DNA from: Octopus sinensis
Taxonomy: Eukaryota
Assembly: GCF_006345805.1 (NCBI RefSeq)
Contig: NC_043002.1
Span: 98,456,001-98,520,000 of the forward strand
Direction: 5' to 3'
DNA length: 64,000 nt
In this document: piece by piece, positions 50,534 through 64,000 of the stretch
How the letters are laid out: the number at the start of each line of letters is the position of its first letter
How positions within the stretch are numbered: position 1 is the stretch's first letter
The notes under the pieces: model-generated
Databases searched by the model: none
Seen by the model: the letters and a program-made list of their open reading frames with translations, nothing else
What the model was told of the DNA's origin: nothing
Position numbers and translations under genes: made by a program

Positions 50534-51813
50534 TGAGGGGGTGTTCATTAAAGATTTCTCCTGACCCACCTCCCAAGGACTGGGATAAATGAAACTTGGC
50601 ATAATTATTAGTCCTTCTCTACATAGCCATCACTAATGGTGACACACTTCTCCTATTGCTTTATGAAGCTGTGAAGACCTCATCTGTAGTAGTTGGTAGT
50701 TTGTGTCTGGACCCAAGACTTTACCTCGGAAAGAAGTTCATCATCATCCAAAAATGCTTCCCCTTCAAAAAAGCCTTCATGGTTGGAAAGGGGTGGAAGT
50801 AAGATGGTGCAAAGTCAGGAGAGTAAGAGGGATGAGGAAGGATTTCTTAGCTGCAGGAATGTGCTTTCATCTGAGCAACATGCACATTGTGAACTGGGGC
50901 ATTGTCTTGGAGGCAGATTCCTTTGGTCAGCATGCCATGCCACTCTGTTTTGATGACATCCCACAATTTTTGTGGCAGAGAAGCATAATATACCTTGTTA
51001 ATTGTGGTGTTCTTTGCCAGAAAATCTATCATCACTACTCTATGCTGATCCCAAAAGACTATGAGCATTACCTTGCTTGCTGAGGATTAGACACAAGCCT
51101 TCTTTGGAGGTGGTGAGTTATCATGCCTCTATTGCTTTGACTGGACTTTAATCTCAGGATCATAGTGATGGACCCATGTTTCATCCCGTGTGATGAGTCT
51201 GCCGAAAAAGTGCTCCTTGTTTTCTTGGCACATTGCCAAAAAAGCTTGGGAACAATTGATTTGTTCCTGCTTCTGAAAATGTGTGAGTATCCAGACAATC
51301 CGTTGTGCAGACAACTTCTGTATATACAAATAGTCATGAATAATTTTTTCCATGGGCCCTACACTTATCTCCACTAGTTTCCGAATACTTATTTGGCAAT
51401 CCTCTAAAATGGCGACTTCCACTTTATGGATAGTGTTGTCATCAGTGGCAGAATGTGGTTGTCCAAGAATAGGATTAGTTTCCACTGATGTCTGACCACA
51501 TTTGAACTGGCAGTGTCAGTGCTTAACTACGTCATATGATGGTGCATTGTCACCATAAACTTCTTTCAACTCATCGAAAATCTCTTTTGGTGTATGACCT
51601 TTCAAGTATAAGAACCTGATCACTGATCTGCATTCAACAGCCACCGTTATAACACCTTAGCCCACTTCAGCAGCTGTAAAAGACAAACGAATACTAGTGG
51701 AAAGCTGCAATTTACAATGTGCTGTAGAGACATGTATGATTATACCTGTACAAGTTCTGTTTCCTGCAATAACCAGAAGTGGGTCAGGGGAAATCTTTAA
51801 TGAACACCCCTTG
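50534..51813 (-). mobile_element. Full-length (~1280 bp) degenerate mariner (DD34D, irritans-like)
   Basis: TIRs ggggtgttcattaaagatttctcctgaccca / tgggtcaggggaaatctttaatgaacacccc with TA flanks; fragments ITRDETWVHHYDPEIKVQSKQ, FWDQHRVVMIDFL, QDNAPVH. Confidence 0.92.
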
Positions 51814-53998
51814 TATATGGAACCACATTGCTTATTCCATCATGTAGGGTTTGGTAGTTTAGCTTGGAGCTGTTTAGAGTATGTTCTTTCTCTGTTGTCA
51901 TTTTAGTGTGGTGGATGAGGTAGGAATGCTTAGTGTAGAGTAGACTTCCATGACTCAGAATATTTTACTGAAGGTTGGTTGCATAAGTCAGAAATGTTGT
52001 GTTAGAAAGGCAACTGATTTTAAGATGTCTGTGTGTACGCGTGCGCACACGAAGGCCTTCTTGACCCTCTCCACTTCTGTTCATTTAAAGCAGTTTGATC
52101 AAGATAGAATAAATAGCAGAGAGCAGTGAGTGTGTGTGTGTGTGTGTGTGTGTGCATGCATGCATGTGTATGTATATAGTGGTGTTAGTACAATAAACAA
52201 TATTTATCTCTCACTAGATGGAGTACTTTTTTGTTGATTTTTACCTTAAAGGAAAAGTAAACTATATATATATATATATTTGGAAGTGGGGGATTGTTTA
52301 TCATATATACATAAGTGCAAGGATGTCTGTCTATATATCCATATACACTCACCACACACAGTAATCAGACTATAATTTTTCTAGTTTAGGTACATGGCCA
52401 TCATTTTTTTCTTGTGTGGAAGTTGGGCAGACAGGTCAGCTAAACAATTATGTATCCAAATATAATGAGAGTTATTACATTAAGTAGATTGTGTATTACA
52501 AACATTTTAAGAGAGTTTAAATTGAAATATTAATCTGCTTTGCTCATTACCATTGTAACCCTAATCAGGATAAAGTATTTCTAGGCAAATTAACATTTGT
52601 CTTTAATACTTAAAAAAGATTTATACCCACATGAAAAACAGAACATATGCTTGTGCATGTATAATACTAAAGGCTTTGTGTATTTCAATAATGTATTAAT
52701 ACATGCACATCATCATCTAATGCTGCAAAGGTTGGACAAGTCTCTCAGAGTTTTGTCATTTCTCATTGAGCACACACAATTATAAAGAAAGCTGATAATC
52801 ATTGTTATTAGGTACGACATACTTTTTGGCATGAGTTTGTACAACTGGATGCCCTTCATATTATCAATCACACCACCAGCACTTAAATTTTAAATGTCTG
52901 TGTAATATAAACAATGTAATGTCTTGATGAAGAGGTCAAATAAGAATGAAGCACGTTTAGAGTTGCTACAAACCACACACACACACACAAGAAAATAAAT
53001 ATGCGGTTGCAAAGCAAACCTCTTAATCCCACAATAACCTCCTCTACACTCCCTCTCTCTCATTGTAATCCCTTTGTCTCCTTCCATGAAGCTGACCCCA
53101 ACCTCCTATCTACCCCAGGGCTCATAGTCTTGCAAACTGCATGGCAACCCCAATAGTCCATTGGTATGAAAATAACACCCTGTCCAGACTGTAAAGTAGT
53201 TAGCATCAGGAAGGGCATCGAACCATAAAACCATAGCAAAGTAGACATTGGAGCTCAATTCAGTCCTTAGACACAGCAGTTCCTGTCAAGCTGTTCAACC
53301 AACGTTAGTATGGAACATGGACATTAAATGATGATGGTGATGATAATGATACACACACACACACTCACATGCACACATATTATGGTGCATGGCTTATTGA
53401 TTAGTGTGTTGCACTCACAATTGCAAGATCATGCGTTCTATTCCCAGACCGGCTGCTATGTTGTGTTCTTGAGCAAAGCACTTTATTTCTCATTGCTCTG
53501 CAATCATTTTGTCATCTGACGTGTGGCACATAGTACACCTGTACAGGTAATGTCGACATGAGTGAGTTTATGTGAATGCAAACATTTGTTCACTATAAAT
53601 AAATCATCTATGTGGTTGCTCGGCAATGGGAGAGTCCATAATATGTGTGTGTGTTTTCTGTCTGTTCTGTTCTTTCTATTCAGTCTGCTGTATCATAATT
53701 ATTGTTTTAAATTTTTGCATGGTATAAGTGGATTGAGAGTAACCATGTATTATATGTATAATTAGTTTGTGTTTGCAGACTATTATATTATGGAAATCTA
53801 CAGCATATAAGCATCATCTGTGCTAGACTGATTTGTTTGTCTTACAGATATTCGTATTACTATTTGTGATAGTAATTTCCTTTAATTGCTTTAAAACTCA
53901 ATAACATTTATGGTCTGCTTGTTAAAGAAAGCAAATTGTGATATGTAATCAGAAATCTTGAGAAATAGCAGTCTTATCTGTAGAATCAAGTAAAAGTC

Positions 53999-54407
53999 TT
54001 TGAAACATTTTGAAACTATATCCTGTAGCAATGGATGTAATTCATAGAATAAGCTGAAAAAGGACCCTGCCTGAAATACTGAACTGTACTTTATATTCTT
54101 GGGTACAAAATCATTTTACAAATTTTAGCTGTTTTTCTGATGTGGACCTTCAGTTATTTCTTTTAATCATCGGTATTTTTTCACTTTTATAAATATATAT
54201 TTGAAACATTTTGAAACTATATCCTGTAGCAATGGATGTAATTCATAAAATAAGCTGAAAAAGGACCCTGCCTGAAATACTGCACTGTACTTTATATTCT
54301 TGGGTACAAAATCATTTTACAAATTTTAGCTGCGTTTTTCTGATGTGGATCTTCAGTTATTTCTTTTAAGCATCGGTAATTTTTCACTTTTGTAAATATA
54401 TATTTGA
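53999..54407. repeat. Tandem duplication, 2 x ~202 bp of unique sequence
   Basis: ttgaaacattttgaaactatatcctgtagc...aaatatatat repeated with several substitutions. Confidence 0.92.
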
Positions 54408-55349
54408 TATTATAAGCCTGGCAGCCTAAGTACCATTGTGGAAATTCTTCTACAATATCTCTTTGATTTATAACTAAAATTCTTAACCAAATATGTAAAA
54501 CATGCAAATGAGACAGCTTCATGCTAGTTTTAAGGAAACCAAAGTTTTTGCTTTTTATTTCAGTATCCTGGTATGTTGTATTATTTCTTAATTATCAGCT
54601 GAAAAATCAGCACGTCTGTTTTAGGTTTGTCATTCATTATTGACCCTTAAATAGTTGACTAGAAACTATTCAGGTTAGGATTGGTTTGCATCATATTTTA
54701 ATTTTTTTTCTTCCTAATTCATTACTATTATTTTTGTTGTTAGTGTTTTTTGCTGGGTTCTATGGTAAGATTACAGTGATACAACTCCTAAACCCCGTTT
54801 TGTATGCTAGTTAGAACAACTTCACTTATTTTGTTTATACCCTTGGGAAGGTGTGAATATCTGTTTCCTATTTCTTTCATTCCTATGTAAAAAAAAAAAA
54901 AAAATTAAAAAAATCAGCAGCATTCTTTCAATTTCACTTGATGTTGTTGAGAGGTATAATGACTGGGTGAATAAAATACTGGATTCTTGGTTCATGGCAG
55001 GAGTTTGTTAACTCACTTGCAGGTTTTATTGTTGATGAGGTAAGATTTTTGTTTGAAATCATTACTGTTACTGAGATTATTGTATTTTATATGTCTCTAG
55101 TTATCTGTTTTACTCACTTTTCTGTTCAGCTGGACTCTCTGTTCTATGTCTGTTCTATTTGTCTGTCTTATTGCCTTAGCAGTCTTCCCTATATATCTAT
55201 GTTAACTGCCTATCTGTTCTCTAATTTCTCTGTTATACCCATCTGTCTGCTTCTTCTAACTGCCTGCCTGATCTAACAGCTTGTCTGACTGTTCTATCTT
55301 TCTCTAGGTTCTGTCTATTTGTCCTGCTCTGTCATTATCAACAGTTTTT

Positions 55350-55550
55350 ATTTCAATTTTTTGGCACAAGACCAGCAGTTTTTAGGTAGGGGGTTTAGTT
55401 AATTAGTTAGAATCCAGCACTTTACTGTCACTTTATTTTCATTGACTTTGAAAGGATGAAAGGCGAAGTTGATCTCAGTCGTATTTTAACTTAGAAATGC
55501 CACTATGCACTTTCTCTGATGTGCTAATGATTCTACCAGCTCACCACCTT
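55350..55550 (-). mobile_element. Old Nin-domain SINE (other old copies ~3225-3430, 4580-4810, 9510-9720, 23590-23930, 41295-41390)
   Basis: gaaaggatgaaaggcgaagttga..tgctaatgattctaccagctcaccacctt. Confidence 0.75.
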
Positions 55551-55564
55551 AAAACTAAAGTGTT

Positions 55565-55672
55565 GCTTACAACACCTAGGTTTCTCAAGTGACCACCCAT
55601 CTAAGTACTAACTAGGCTTGGTATAGCTAATCTCCAGTGATTGGATGAGAAGCAGCATTTTCAACGCATAGT
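55565..55672 (-). pseudogene. Decayed 5S rRNA copy
   Basis: Minus strand gcgttgaaaatgctgcttctcatccaatcactggag..gttagtacttagatgggtggtcacttgagaaacctaggtgttgtaagc follows metazoan 5S (..TTCTCGTCCGATCAC..GTTAGTACTTGGATGGGTGACCGCCTGGGAA..GGTGYTGTA) with many CpG-type changes. Confidence 0.8.
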
Positions 55673-56958
55673 TTTTCACTGATTCAAATATCATGAAGGT
55701 TATCTGTTTCTGCTAAAAGTAATCACTTGTAGACATACTGAGGTTGATTGAATATATTAGCTCAACTAATTATTCTTTTGGTGATTAATAAATGAAAAAA
55801 AATTTTTTTTTGAAAGAAATTAATTTTACTCTTCCACCTGTTGTGTTGGTGTAGTGGTTTAAATGCCATTACATGTTTCTTCTTCACAATTTCTCTAAAG
55901 ACTTCATCATTAATTATGAAATTTCTGTTTTGTTTACCTACCCTATTATCATTTCCCTGCTGAAGGTGTCATCTCATTCTTTCTGGATATGCCACCCATT
56001 TCAAATTGTTGCTGACAGAATGACATCTTTCAATCTTGTTGATAGAAATAACAATCTGTATACCATTAGTGCCAAGCTTCCCACAGAATTACTAAAATAA
56101 TGATGAGGATGATGATGATGATTCTATGTCTTGTCATATATTTTCTCTGCTATCTTCCTACTGATTCCTTTTCCAAAATCCAATCTTTCAATTATTTTTG
56201 CTATGTTGTGAGGAGGTATGGTGTTTGTACAAAAGTTTTTATTATGCTTTAAATACCAGGCATACTGGATGCAAAGTGTTTTCAGTTCATATCTCACTGC
56301 AATCTACTTGTTGTTGTATAGTTTATATAGCTGGAAAAATTCCTATCATTTACTCTATTTGAGAAAGTTAAGTTTATGAGAGAATAATATCTTATCTTGC
56401 ATGTTTTATGTTTTGCTTTTCAGCCATATACTGTTTTAGTTAGAAAAAAAAACAAACCCAGTAACAATTTTAAGGCATTGTAGCTAGAAAAGTGTTAGCA
56501 TTAAAATATATACATATAAATCTGCTTATTATTAAAATTTTAAAATTCTTAATAAAGATTGTTAATAAATTTTGTTTTAATTTCCTGGCTTCTGATGGGG
56601 TTTGCTCCCATCACTTAACCAGTAGCATTTATACTGATCATATCTGGCCAATGTATTTTACATTTTTTATGTTCATACTGGCTAGATCCAGTCTTTTATA
56701 CTTTGCCTGCAATGACATTCTAGAAATAAACATTCACAGCATTGAAACCCTGAAGCTTTGGGGTAATGCATTATTAATTCAAGAGAATGTGAATAATAAG
56801 CATTACATTTGACAAAGTAATCTGAATGCTTAAAGGATAATATTTTATTGTTGCATTGGCCCCCTTCAAATATATCCCTAAGATTGTAAAAAAAAAATAA
56901 ATAAAAGAAAGCATTTGGAAACAATTGTGAGGAAAAAGGATTTAAACATGTTTTGTGA

Positions 56959-57292
56959 AGGTGCATGGATCAGTGGTTAGAGCGTCAAACTTATGACCGG
57001 CAGGTTGTGAGTTCGAATCCAGGACCAGGCTGCATGTTGTGTTCTTGAGCAAGACACTTTATTTCATGTTGCTCCAGTTCACTCAGCTGTAGAAATGAGT
57101 TGCGACGTCACTGGTGCCAAGCTGTATCAGCCTTTGCTTTTCCCTTGGATAACATCGGTGGCGTGGAGAGGGGAGGCTGGTATGCATGGGCGACTGCTGG
57201 TCTTCCATAAATAACCTTGCTAAGACTTGTGCCTCGGAGGGTAACTTTCTAGGTGCAATCCCATTGTCAATTTGTGACCAAAGGGGGGTCTC
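56959..57292 (+). mobile_element. tRNA-SINE family F
   Basis: Matches 34056-34388. Confidence 0.85.
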
Positions 57293-57360
57293 CAGTTATC
57301 AATACGAAAACTACTAATAATATTAGTAAAACATAATGGGATTTTGAAGAAGCTCTTAAT

Positions 57361-57391
<31 letters not shown>

Positions 57392-58923
57392 TCTTTTATG
57401 GTTTTACTTGTTTCAGTCATTTGACAGTGGCCATGCTGGAACACTGCTTTAGTAGAATAAATTACTCACTGGACTTATTCTTTGTAAGCCTAGTACTTAT
57501 GCATGCATGTATACAAACAAACTAACAATGGGCTTCTTTCAGTTTTTGTCTACCAAATGCACTCACAAGGTTCTGGTTGGCCTGAAGCAATAGTACATAT
57601 TTTAAAAATTTGATACGTGTTTCTATCAAATTCTTTTGCTGATTCACTTTGACTAAAAAAAAGCTTTCCAAGGCTGTACCCATGCATGCTTGCAGTCTTG
57701 TGACTGAAACAAGTAAGAGATAAAGGATAAAAAATGTGTGTGCATGCGTGCATGCGTGTGTGTGCATGTGTGTGTGCATGTCCTCTTGTCTTGACATTAT
57801 ATGATAGTTGCAAATAAGTGTTGATTGTTTCCAATTTTCTATGAAAGACACATTTAGCCATCGAGAAATATAATTACCTGGTTTGGAAACAAGTGAGAGT
57901 TGGTAACAAGAAGGGCATCTGATCATAGAAAATCTGCTTCAAAGAATTCAGTCTGATCCATGCAAGTACGGAAATGACAGAATTTTATGTTATTAACGGC
58001 ATAGAAATAAATTTTAGAAGAATTTCAACTTGGAAACTAGGTTATCAAACAGCTTAACTGCTGTTTAGTCTGTACTGATAATACTGCCTTGAGCAACAGT
58101 ACCAATGTTGAAATATTGGTGTTGAAACAAGTGATTGCTTCACTTTAAAATAGCTGCAGATGTTTGTTTCTATGCAATTTATTGGTGAGAAATACAAAGT
58201 GACTGACTGCTTCTTCTAGGTTTCATCCACAATGGCATTTAAATTTGTGTGTGTTTGTCACTGTTGACATAAAATACTCCTTATGTTGTTTAATCCCTGG
58301 TTATCTTTGTTTTAGTTAGCCAAGACCTATAATTAAAACAAAAGATGTAGCAATCTTGATCATTTCACTTATATCAAGAACTATGTTATCCAATGTATTC
58401 TATTAAGCTGCAGGTCATACTTGAAGTGTGGTTGCTACTTCAAGTTGGATAAATAGCTGCATGGAGGCTTCCCTCAATGGCTTATGGTATAGATATTCTT
58501 AGGAAACATTAATTTTTGTCCAATAAAATTGTTTCTCTGAGAATTATACTATTCACATTCGATAAACAGATGGTACTTGATTATTGTCCCTTTTATTATA
58601 AACTTTTATATTTTACTACAAGGTTATTCACTATCTTGCATATCTAATCAGGAATTTATAGTTATTTCACATTTTGGGGGTTTATTTTTATCCTACCTTC
58701 TCAGCATATATACATGTAGGTGTTTTTATGATGGGATGTCCTTCCTGATGCCAGCCCCCACCTGTTTTCAAGTGAGGTAATGGTTTCCCTCCTATTTATC
58801 AATGGGGTGCACAAACACTTTCACATAAACACATATATGCACAATGGGAACTTCTGCATACCAAATTCAATCACAAGGCTGGCTTCAATCAGCCTCAGGC
58901 TATAGTGGAACACACTTACCCAT

Positions 58924-59178
58924 ACTCTTTTACTTGTTTCAGTCATTTGACTGCAGCCATGCTGGAGCACCGCCTTTAGTCGAGCAAATCGACCCCAGGA
59001 CTTATTCTTTGTAAGCCTAGTACTTATTCTATCGGTCTCTTTTGCTGAACCGCTAAGTTGCATGGACGTAAACACACCAGCATCGGTTGTCAAACAATGC
59101 TGGGGGAACAAACACAGACACACAAACATATACACACACATACATACATATATATATATACATATCTATCTATATATA

Positions 59179-59225
<47 letters not shown>

Positions 59226-59385
59226 CAGGCTTCTTTCAGTTTCTGTCTACCAAATCCACTCACAAGGCTTTGGTCAGCCCAAAGCTATAGTAGAAGACAC
59301 TTGCCCAAAGTGCCATGCAGTGGGACTGAACCTGGAACCATGTGGCTGGTAAGCAAGCTACTTACCACACAGCCACTCCTGCACT
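58924..59385 (-). mobile_element. Family-A tRNA-SINE inserted into an older copy
   Basis: Diverged family-A sequence at 58840-58922 directly abuts it. Confidence 0.9.
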
Positions 59386-59847
59386 TTATATAAATGAAAT
59401 ATATCATATTTCATTTAAAAATGAAAATGAAATATGATATATTTCATTTAAAAATTTTTTTTAACTAAAACCACATTATCACTATCAGCATCAATTATTA
59501 ATATCACCAGTATCACATTATCATCATGATGATGATCATCATCATCACATTATCATTTTCATCTTTTATCATCACCACTCCCACCGAAATCTCCATCATC
59601 TCCATTGCCATCATAACCAACACCATCATCTTCATTGCCATCATCACCATCAGCGTTATCTCCATTACAGTCGTTACTGTTACCATCCTCATTATTTCTG
59701 TCTACATTACCTTATTACACTTATCATTTTGCTGTGATGACAATGATGATCATGAACCTCATCATCATTGTTGTCATCATCACTATCATTGCCATTATCA
59801 TTCTCGCCAGCTTCACCATTGTCACCTCCGTTATAATAACCACCTGA

Positions 59848-60231
59848 GGAGGCGCAATGGCCCAGTGGTTAGGGCAGTGGACTCACGGTCATAGGATCGC
59901 GGTTTCGATTCCCAGACCGGGCGTTGTGAGTGTTTATTGAGCGAAAACACCTAAAAGCTCCACGAGGCTCCGGCAGGGGATGGTGGTGATCCCTGCTGTA
60001 CTCTTTCACCACAACTTTCCCTCACTCTTACTTCCCGTTTCTGTTGTACCTGTATTTCAAAGGGCCGGCCTTGTCACTCTCTGTGTCATGCTGAATATCC
60101 CCGAGAACTACGTTAAGGGTGCACGTGTCTGTGAAGTGCTCAGCCACTTACACGTTAATTTCACGAGCAGGCTGTTCCGCTGATTCGGATCAACCGGAAC
60201 CCTCATCGTCGTAACCGACAGAGTGCTTCCA
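59848..60231 (+). mobile_element. tRNA-SINE family B inside an (ATC)n-rich tract
   Basis: TSD aataaccacct; near-identical to 7087-7468. Confidence 0.9.
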
Positions 60232-61306
60232 CCAATAACCACCTACATCAATTTCTCATAGCATGCTGGCATGAGTTGCCTGTTTCTAAAATACAGCATT
60301 CAATTCTACATGTATAATAACTTCATCCAAAGTTACCAAACTTGAATCTAACTTGCTATAGACATCACTGTTGAAGTACTTCCACTGCATCATCACCCAA
60401 TCCACATCACTATTATGTTCAGAATACAGCATCTCTTCTTCATATTACCTGTCCAAACCAATGTAATCATTTCTCCTGTATACATCTGCTGATACTTTTT
60501 ATGCTCATGTTCTTACCTATTTCACTCTGTTGAAATACACTTCACCTTTAATTATTTTTAAAGAGAAACCAGGATGGTAGCATCAACCTATATATATATA
60601 TACATACACATGATGAACACACACGCACTGTATATACATGATGTATACATACATGCATACATACACGCACACATATGCATACACATATATACATACACAC
60701 ACATGCATACATACATACATACATACATACGTACATACATACATACATACATACATACATGCGTACATACGTACATACATACATACAATCTCCATTTTCT
60801 GTCTTCTTTAAATTTTGATTCTTGATAAACTCATGTTTATCCTTGTCTTTACTTATAATTTATGAGCATAATGTGCTTGTATATGTATGCCCATGGTTAA
60901 ACGTAGGTAATATACTGGATGCTTCTATCCCTTAGATGGTTATTTTAACCTCTAACCTAGCTAACCTCTTATATATATTTTATATATATATATATGTTTA
61001 TGAATCTGAGTATAAGTATGCATGTATATATATATATATATATATATGTTTACAAATCTGTGTATAAGTATACATGTTTATATATGTATGTACACGTATG
61101 TATATGGGTGTATGCATCTGTATGGATGTGTGTATAGAATTATCATTTGATGTCTATTTTAATTAATTATACATGTTTGTACACACACACACATATACAG
61201 TTTTGTACACGTGCACATATAATTGTGCCCTTCAAAATGTACACAACAATGCATTCCTTCACTTTTCTCCATTTATATATAAAAAAATAAATGATTATTA
61301 CTATAT

Positions 61307-61734
61307 AGGTGCAGGAGTGGCTGTGTGGTAAGTAGCTTGCTAACCAGCCACATGGTTCCGGGTTCAGTCCCACTGCGTGGCATCTTGGGCAAGTGTCTTC
61401 TGCTATAGCCCCAGGTCAACCAATGCCTTGTGAGTGGATTTGGTAGACGGAAACTGAAAGAAGCCTGTTGTATATATGTATATATATATATATATATAAT
61501 ATATATATATATGTGTGTGTGTGTTTGTGTGTCTGTGTTTGTCCCCCTAGCACTGCTTGACAACCGATGCTGGTGTGTTTACATCCCCGTTACTTAGCGG
61601 TTCAGCAAAAGAGACCGATAGAATAAGTACTGGGCTTACGAAGAATAAGTCTCGGGGTCGATTTGATCGACTAAAGGCAGTGCTCCAGCATGGCCACAGT
61701 CAAATGACTGAAACAAGTAAAAGAGTAAAAGAGT
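61307..61734 (+). mobile_element. Family-A tRNA-SINE
   Basis: Full head-to-tail copy. Confidence 0.92.
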
Positions 61735-62490
61735 ATATAATTCATTAAGAATACAGGGCATCCGAGTGTGACTTCGAAGTTTATCAGCAATAATGTGTAA
61801 GCATGTATGTATATGTAACTGTATATGTTGATATACATGTTTATTTAAAAAAACAGTCTGCTTCTTGTTTTGTTTATATATCCATCTGTCACTTAGCATA
61901 TATATTCTTCACTCTGAATTATCATAAGGTATATATACAAGCAGATGTAAAAACGATGGTGGTAGCAGCTACGGATGTGGTAGTAGGATTGGTATTGGTG
62001 GCACCAGTGGCAGTGTATGTGTGTAGGCCATGAAGCACATGGCCTAGTGGTTAGGCTGTTGCACTCATGATTGCTAGATCATGGATTCAATTCCCAGATG
62101 GAGCAGTGTGTTGTGTTCTTGAGCAAACCACTTAATTTCACACTATCCCACAGGAGGGAATGTTGGCCTGCTGCTTCCAGTTGGGTAGCATCATTGGAAG
62201 GTTAAAATGATGCAACGTGCATTGTGACCAGTGATGTGTAACAGCATCTGATACTCTGGCTGATCATGTGAATGTATGCGTATGTGTATGTGTATAGATA
62301 CACACATACTCATATACATATATACATACATAACTATATAATCATCATCATTATTTAATGTCCATCTTCCATGCTGGTATGGACTGGATGATTTGACAGG
62401 AGCCAGACATGTAGAAGACTACATCAGCCTACATATACATACATATATATATATATATATATCTACATATATATATATATATATCATTAT

Positions 62491-62854
62491 CAGAATGATA
62501 ATGCACCAATTCACACTGTTAAAGTTATTACTGAATGTCACAAGGAACATTCTAGTGAAGTTAAACATCTTATCTGACCACCACAGTGCCCAGATCTCAA
62601 TATTATTGAACATTTATGGTGCACTTTAGAAAAACAAGTAAGGAGTCGATATCTTCTATCATCATCACTACAAGAACTAGACACTGTTTTTGCTGAAGAA
62701 TGGGCAAAAATTCCTTTGGAAACAATTCAAACTTTGTACGAGTCCATACTTCATAGAATTCAAGCTGTAATTACTGCCAAAGGTGGTCCTACCCCATATT
62801 AAAATAGATTTCTTTGAAATTGTAAGGTGTTTCCATTATTTTGTCCAACCCCTG
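62491..62854 (+). mobile_element. 3' half of a Tc1-like DD36E transposon
   Basis: QNDNAPIH...*PPQCPDLNIIEHLW...EEWAKIP...RIQAVITAKGGPTPY* (62491-62802), 36 residues between D and E; right TIR ttttgtccaacccctg-TA. Confidence 0.85.
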
Positions 62855-63309
62855 TACATACACGTACAAAATGTTGGTAAGTATTAAAGTTGAAGTTCTT
62901 GAAAGATGTTATAATTCTTCAATTGAAGTTGCTATTCTTAAAATACACAAACATTTAAAGTTCCCTACTCCAGTTATGTCTGAAATTATGATATATGGTA
63001 TGGAGGGTGGTGTGAGGAAGAGGCTGGGAATGCTTCAGGAATTTATTTTAATAAGAATTCCTTTACATTTCTGTGTTTGTACTTGCTTATATGTATATAT
63101 CACTGTGTTTATATATATATATCCATATGTGAGATATATATATATCTATGAGGGTATGTGTGTGTGTGTGTGGGTGTGTGTATATATATATATATATGCA
63201 CACACACACACACACATATATATATATGCACACACACAGATATATATATAATATGCATATATATATGCACACACACAGATATATATATATATATATGCAT
63301 ATATATATG

Positions 63310-63340
<31 letters not shown>

Positions 63341-63377
63341 GCATATATACTCTTTCTTTTATACATTTTTATACATT

Positions 63378-64000
63378 TATATATATATATATAATATATA
63401 TATATATATGTGTGTGTGTGTTTGTGTGTCTGTGTTTGTCCCCCTAGCACTGCTTGACAACCGATGCTGGTGTGTTTACATCCCCGTTACTTAGCGGTTC
63501 AGCAAAAGAGACCGATAGAATAAGTACTGGGCTTACGAAGAATAAGTCTCGGGGTCGATTTGATCGACTAAAGGCAGTGCTCCAGCATGGCCACAGTCAA
63601 ATGACTGAAACAAGTAAAAGAGTAAAAGAGTATATAATTCATTAAGAATACAGGGCATCCGAGTGTGACTTCGAAGTTTATCAGCAATAATGTGTAAGCA
63701 TGTATGTATATGTAACTGTATATGTTGATATACATGTTTATTTAAAAAAACAGTCTGCTTCTTGTTTTGTTTATATATCCATCTGTCACTTAGCATATAT
63801 ATTCTTCACTCTGAATTATCATAAGGTATATATACAAGCAGATGTAAAAACGATGGTGGTAGCAGCTACGGATGTGGTAGTAGGATTGGTATTGGTGGCA
63901 CCAGTGGCAGTGTATGTGTGTAGGCCATGAAGCACATGGCCTAGTGGTTAGGCTGTTGCACTCATGATTGCTAGATCATGGATTCAATTCCCAGATGGAG
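63378..64000. repeat. Apparently identical duplicate of ~61481-62100 (offset ~1.9 kb), running off the window
   Basis: Identical ORFs at 61557/63454, 61636/63533 and 61803/63700. Confidence 0.92.

Overview
AT-rich, microsatellite- and SINE-dense eukaryotic DNA that looks intronic or intergenic. The repeat families (tRNA-derived SINEs, Nin-domain SINEs, Dong/R4, Penelope, Tc1/mariner) suggest an octopus genome; this is an inference. No intact protein-coding gene is visible, and almost all listed ORFs are microsatellite or SINE translations. Supported content: about 15 young copies of one tRNA-SINE, several other SINE families, and degenerate transposases of three Tc1/mariner lineages (DD34D mariner, DD37D maT, DD36E). 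Also present are piggyBac-type MITEs, R4/Dong, CR1-like RT and Penelope GIY-YIG fragments, a decayed 5S rRNA copy, several local tandem duplications and a few weak splice-site-defined exon candidates. The most interesting signal is a set of minimal hammerhead ribozyme motifs tied to Penelope-like remnants. These include a 160-bp near-perfect palindrome with a hammerhead on each strand, and a Penelope terminal repeat that combines a tRNA-like Pol III promoter with a hammerhead core. Also notable are a SINE flanked by a ~186-bp direct repeat and a tandem array of covarying hairpin/pseudoknot units in another retroposon. All coordinates were read by eye and may be off by a few bases.
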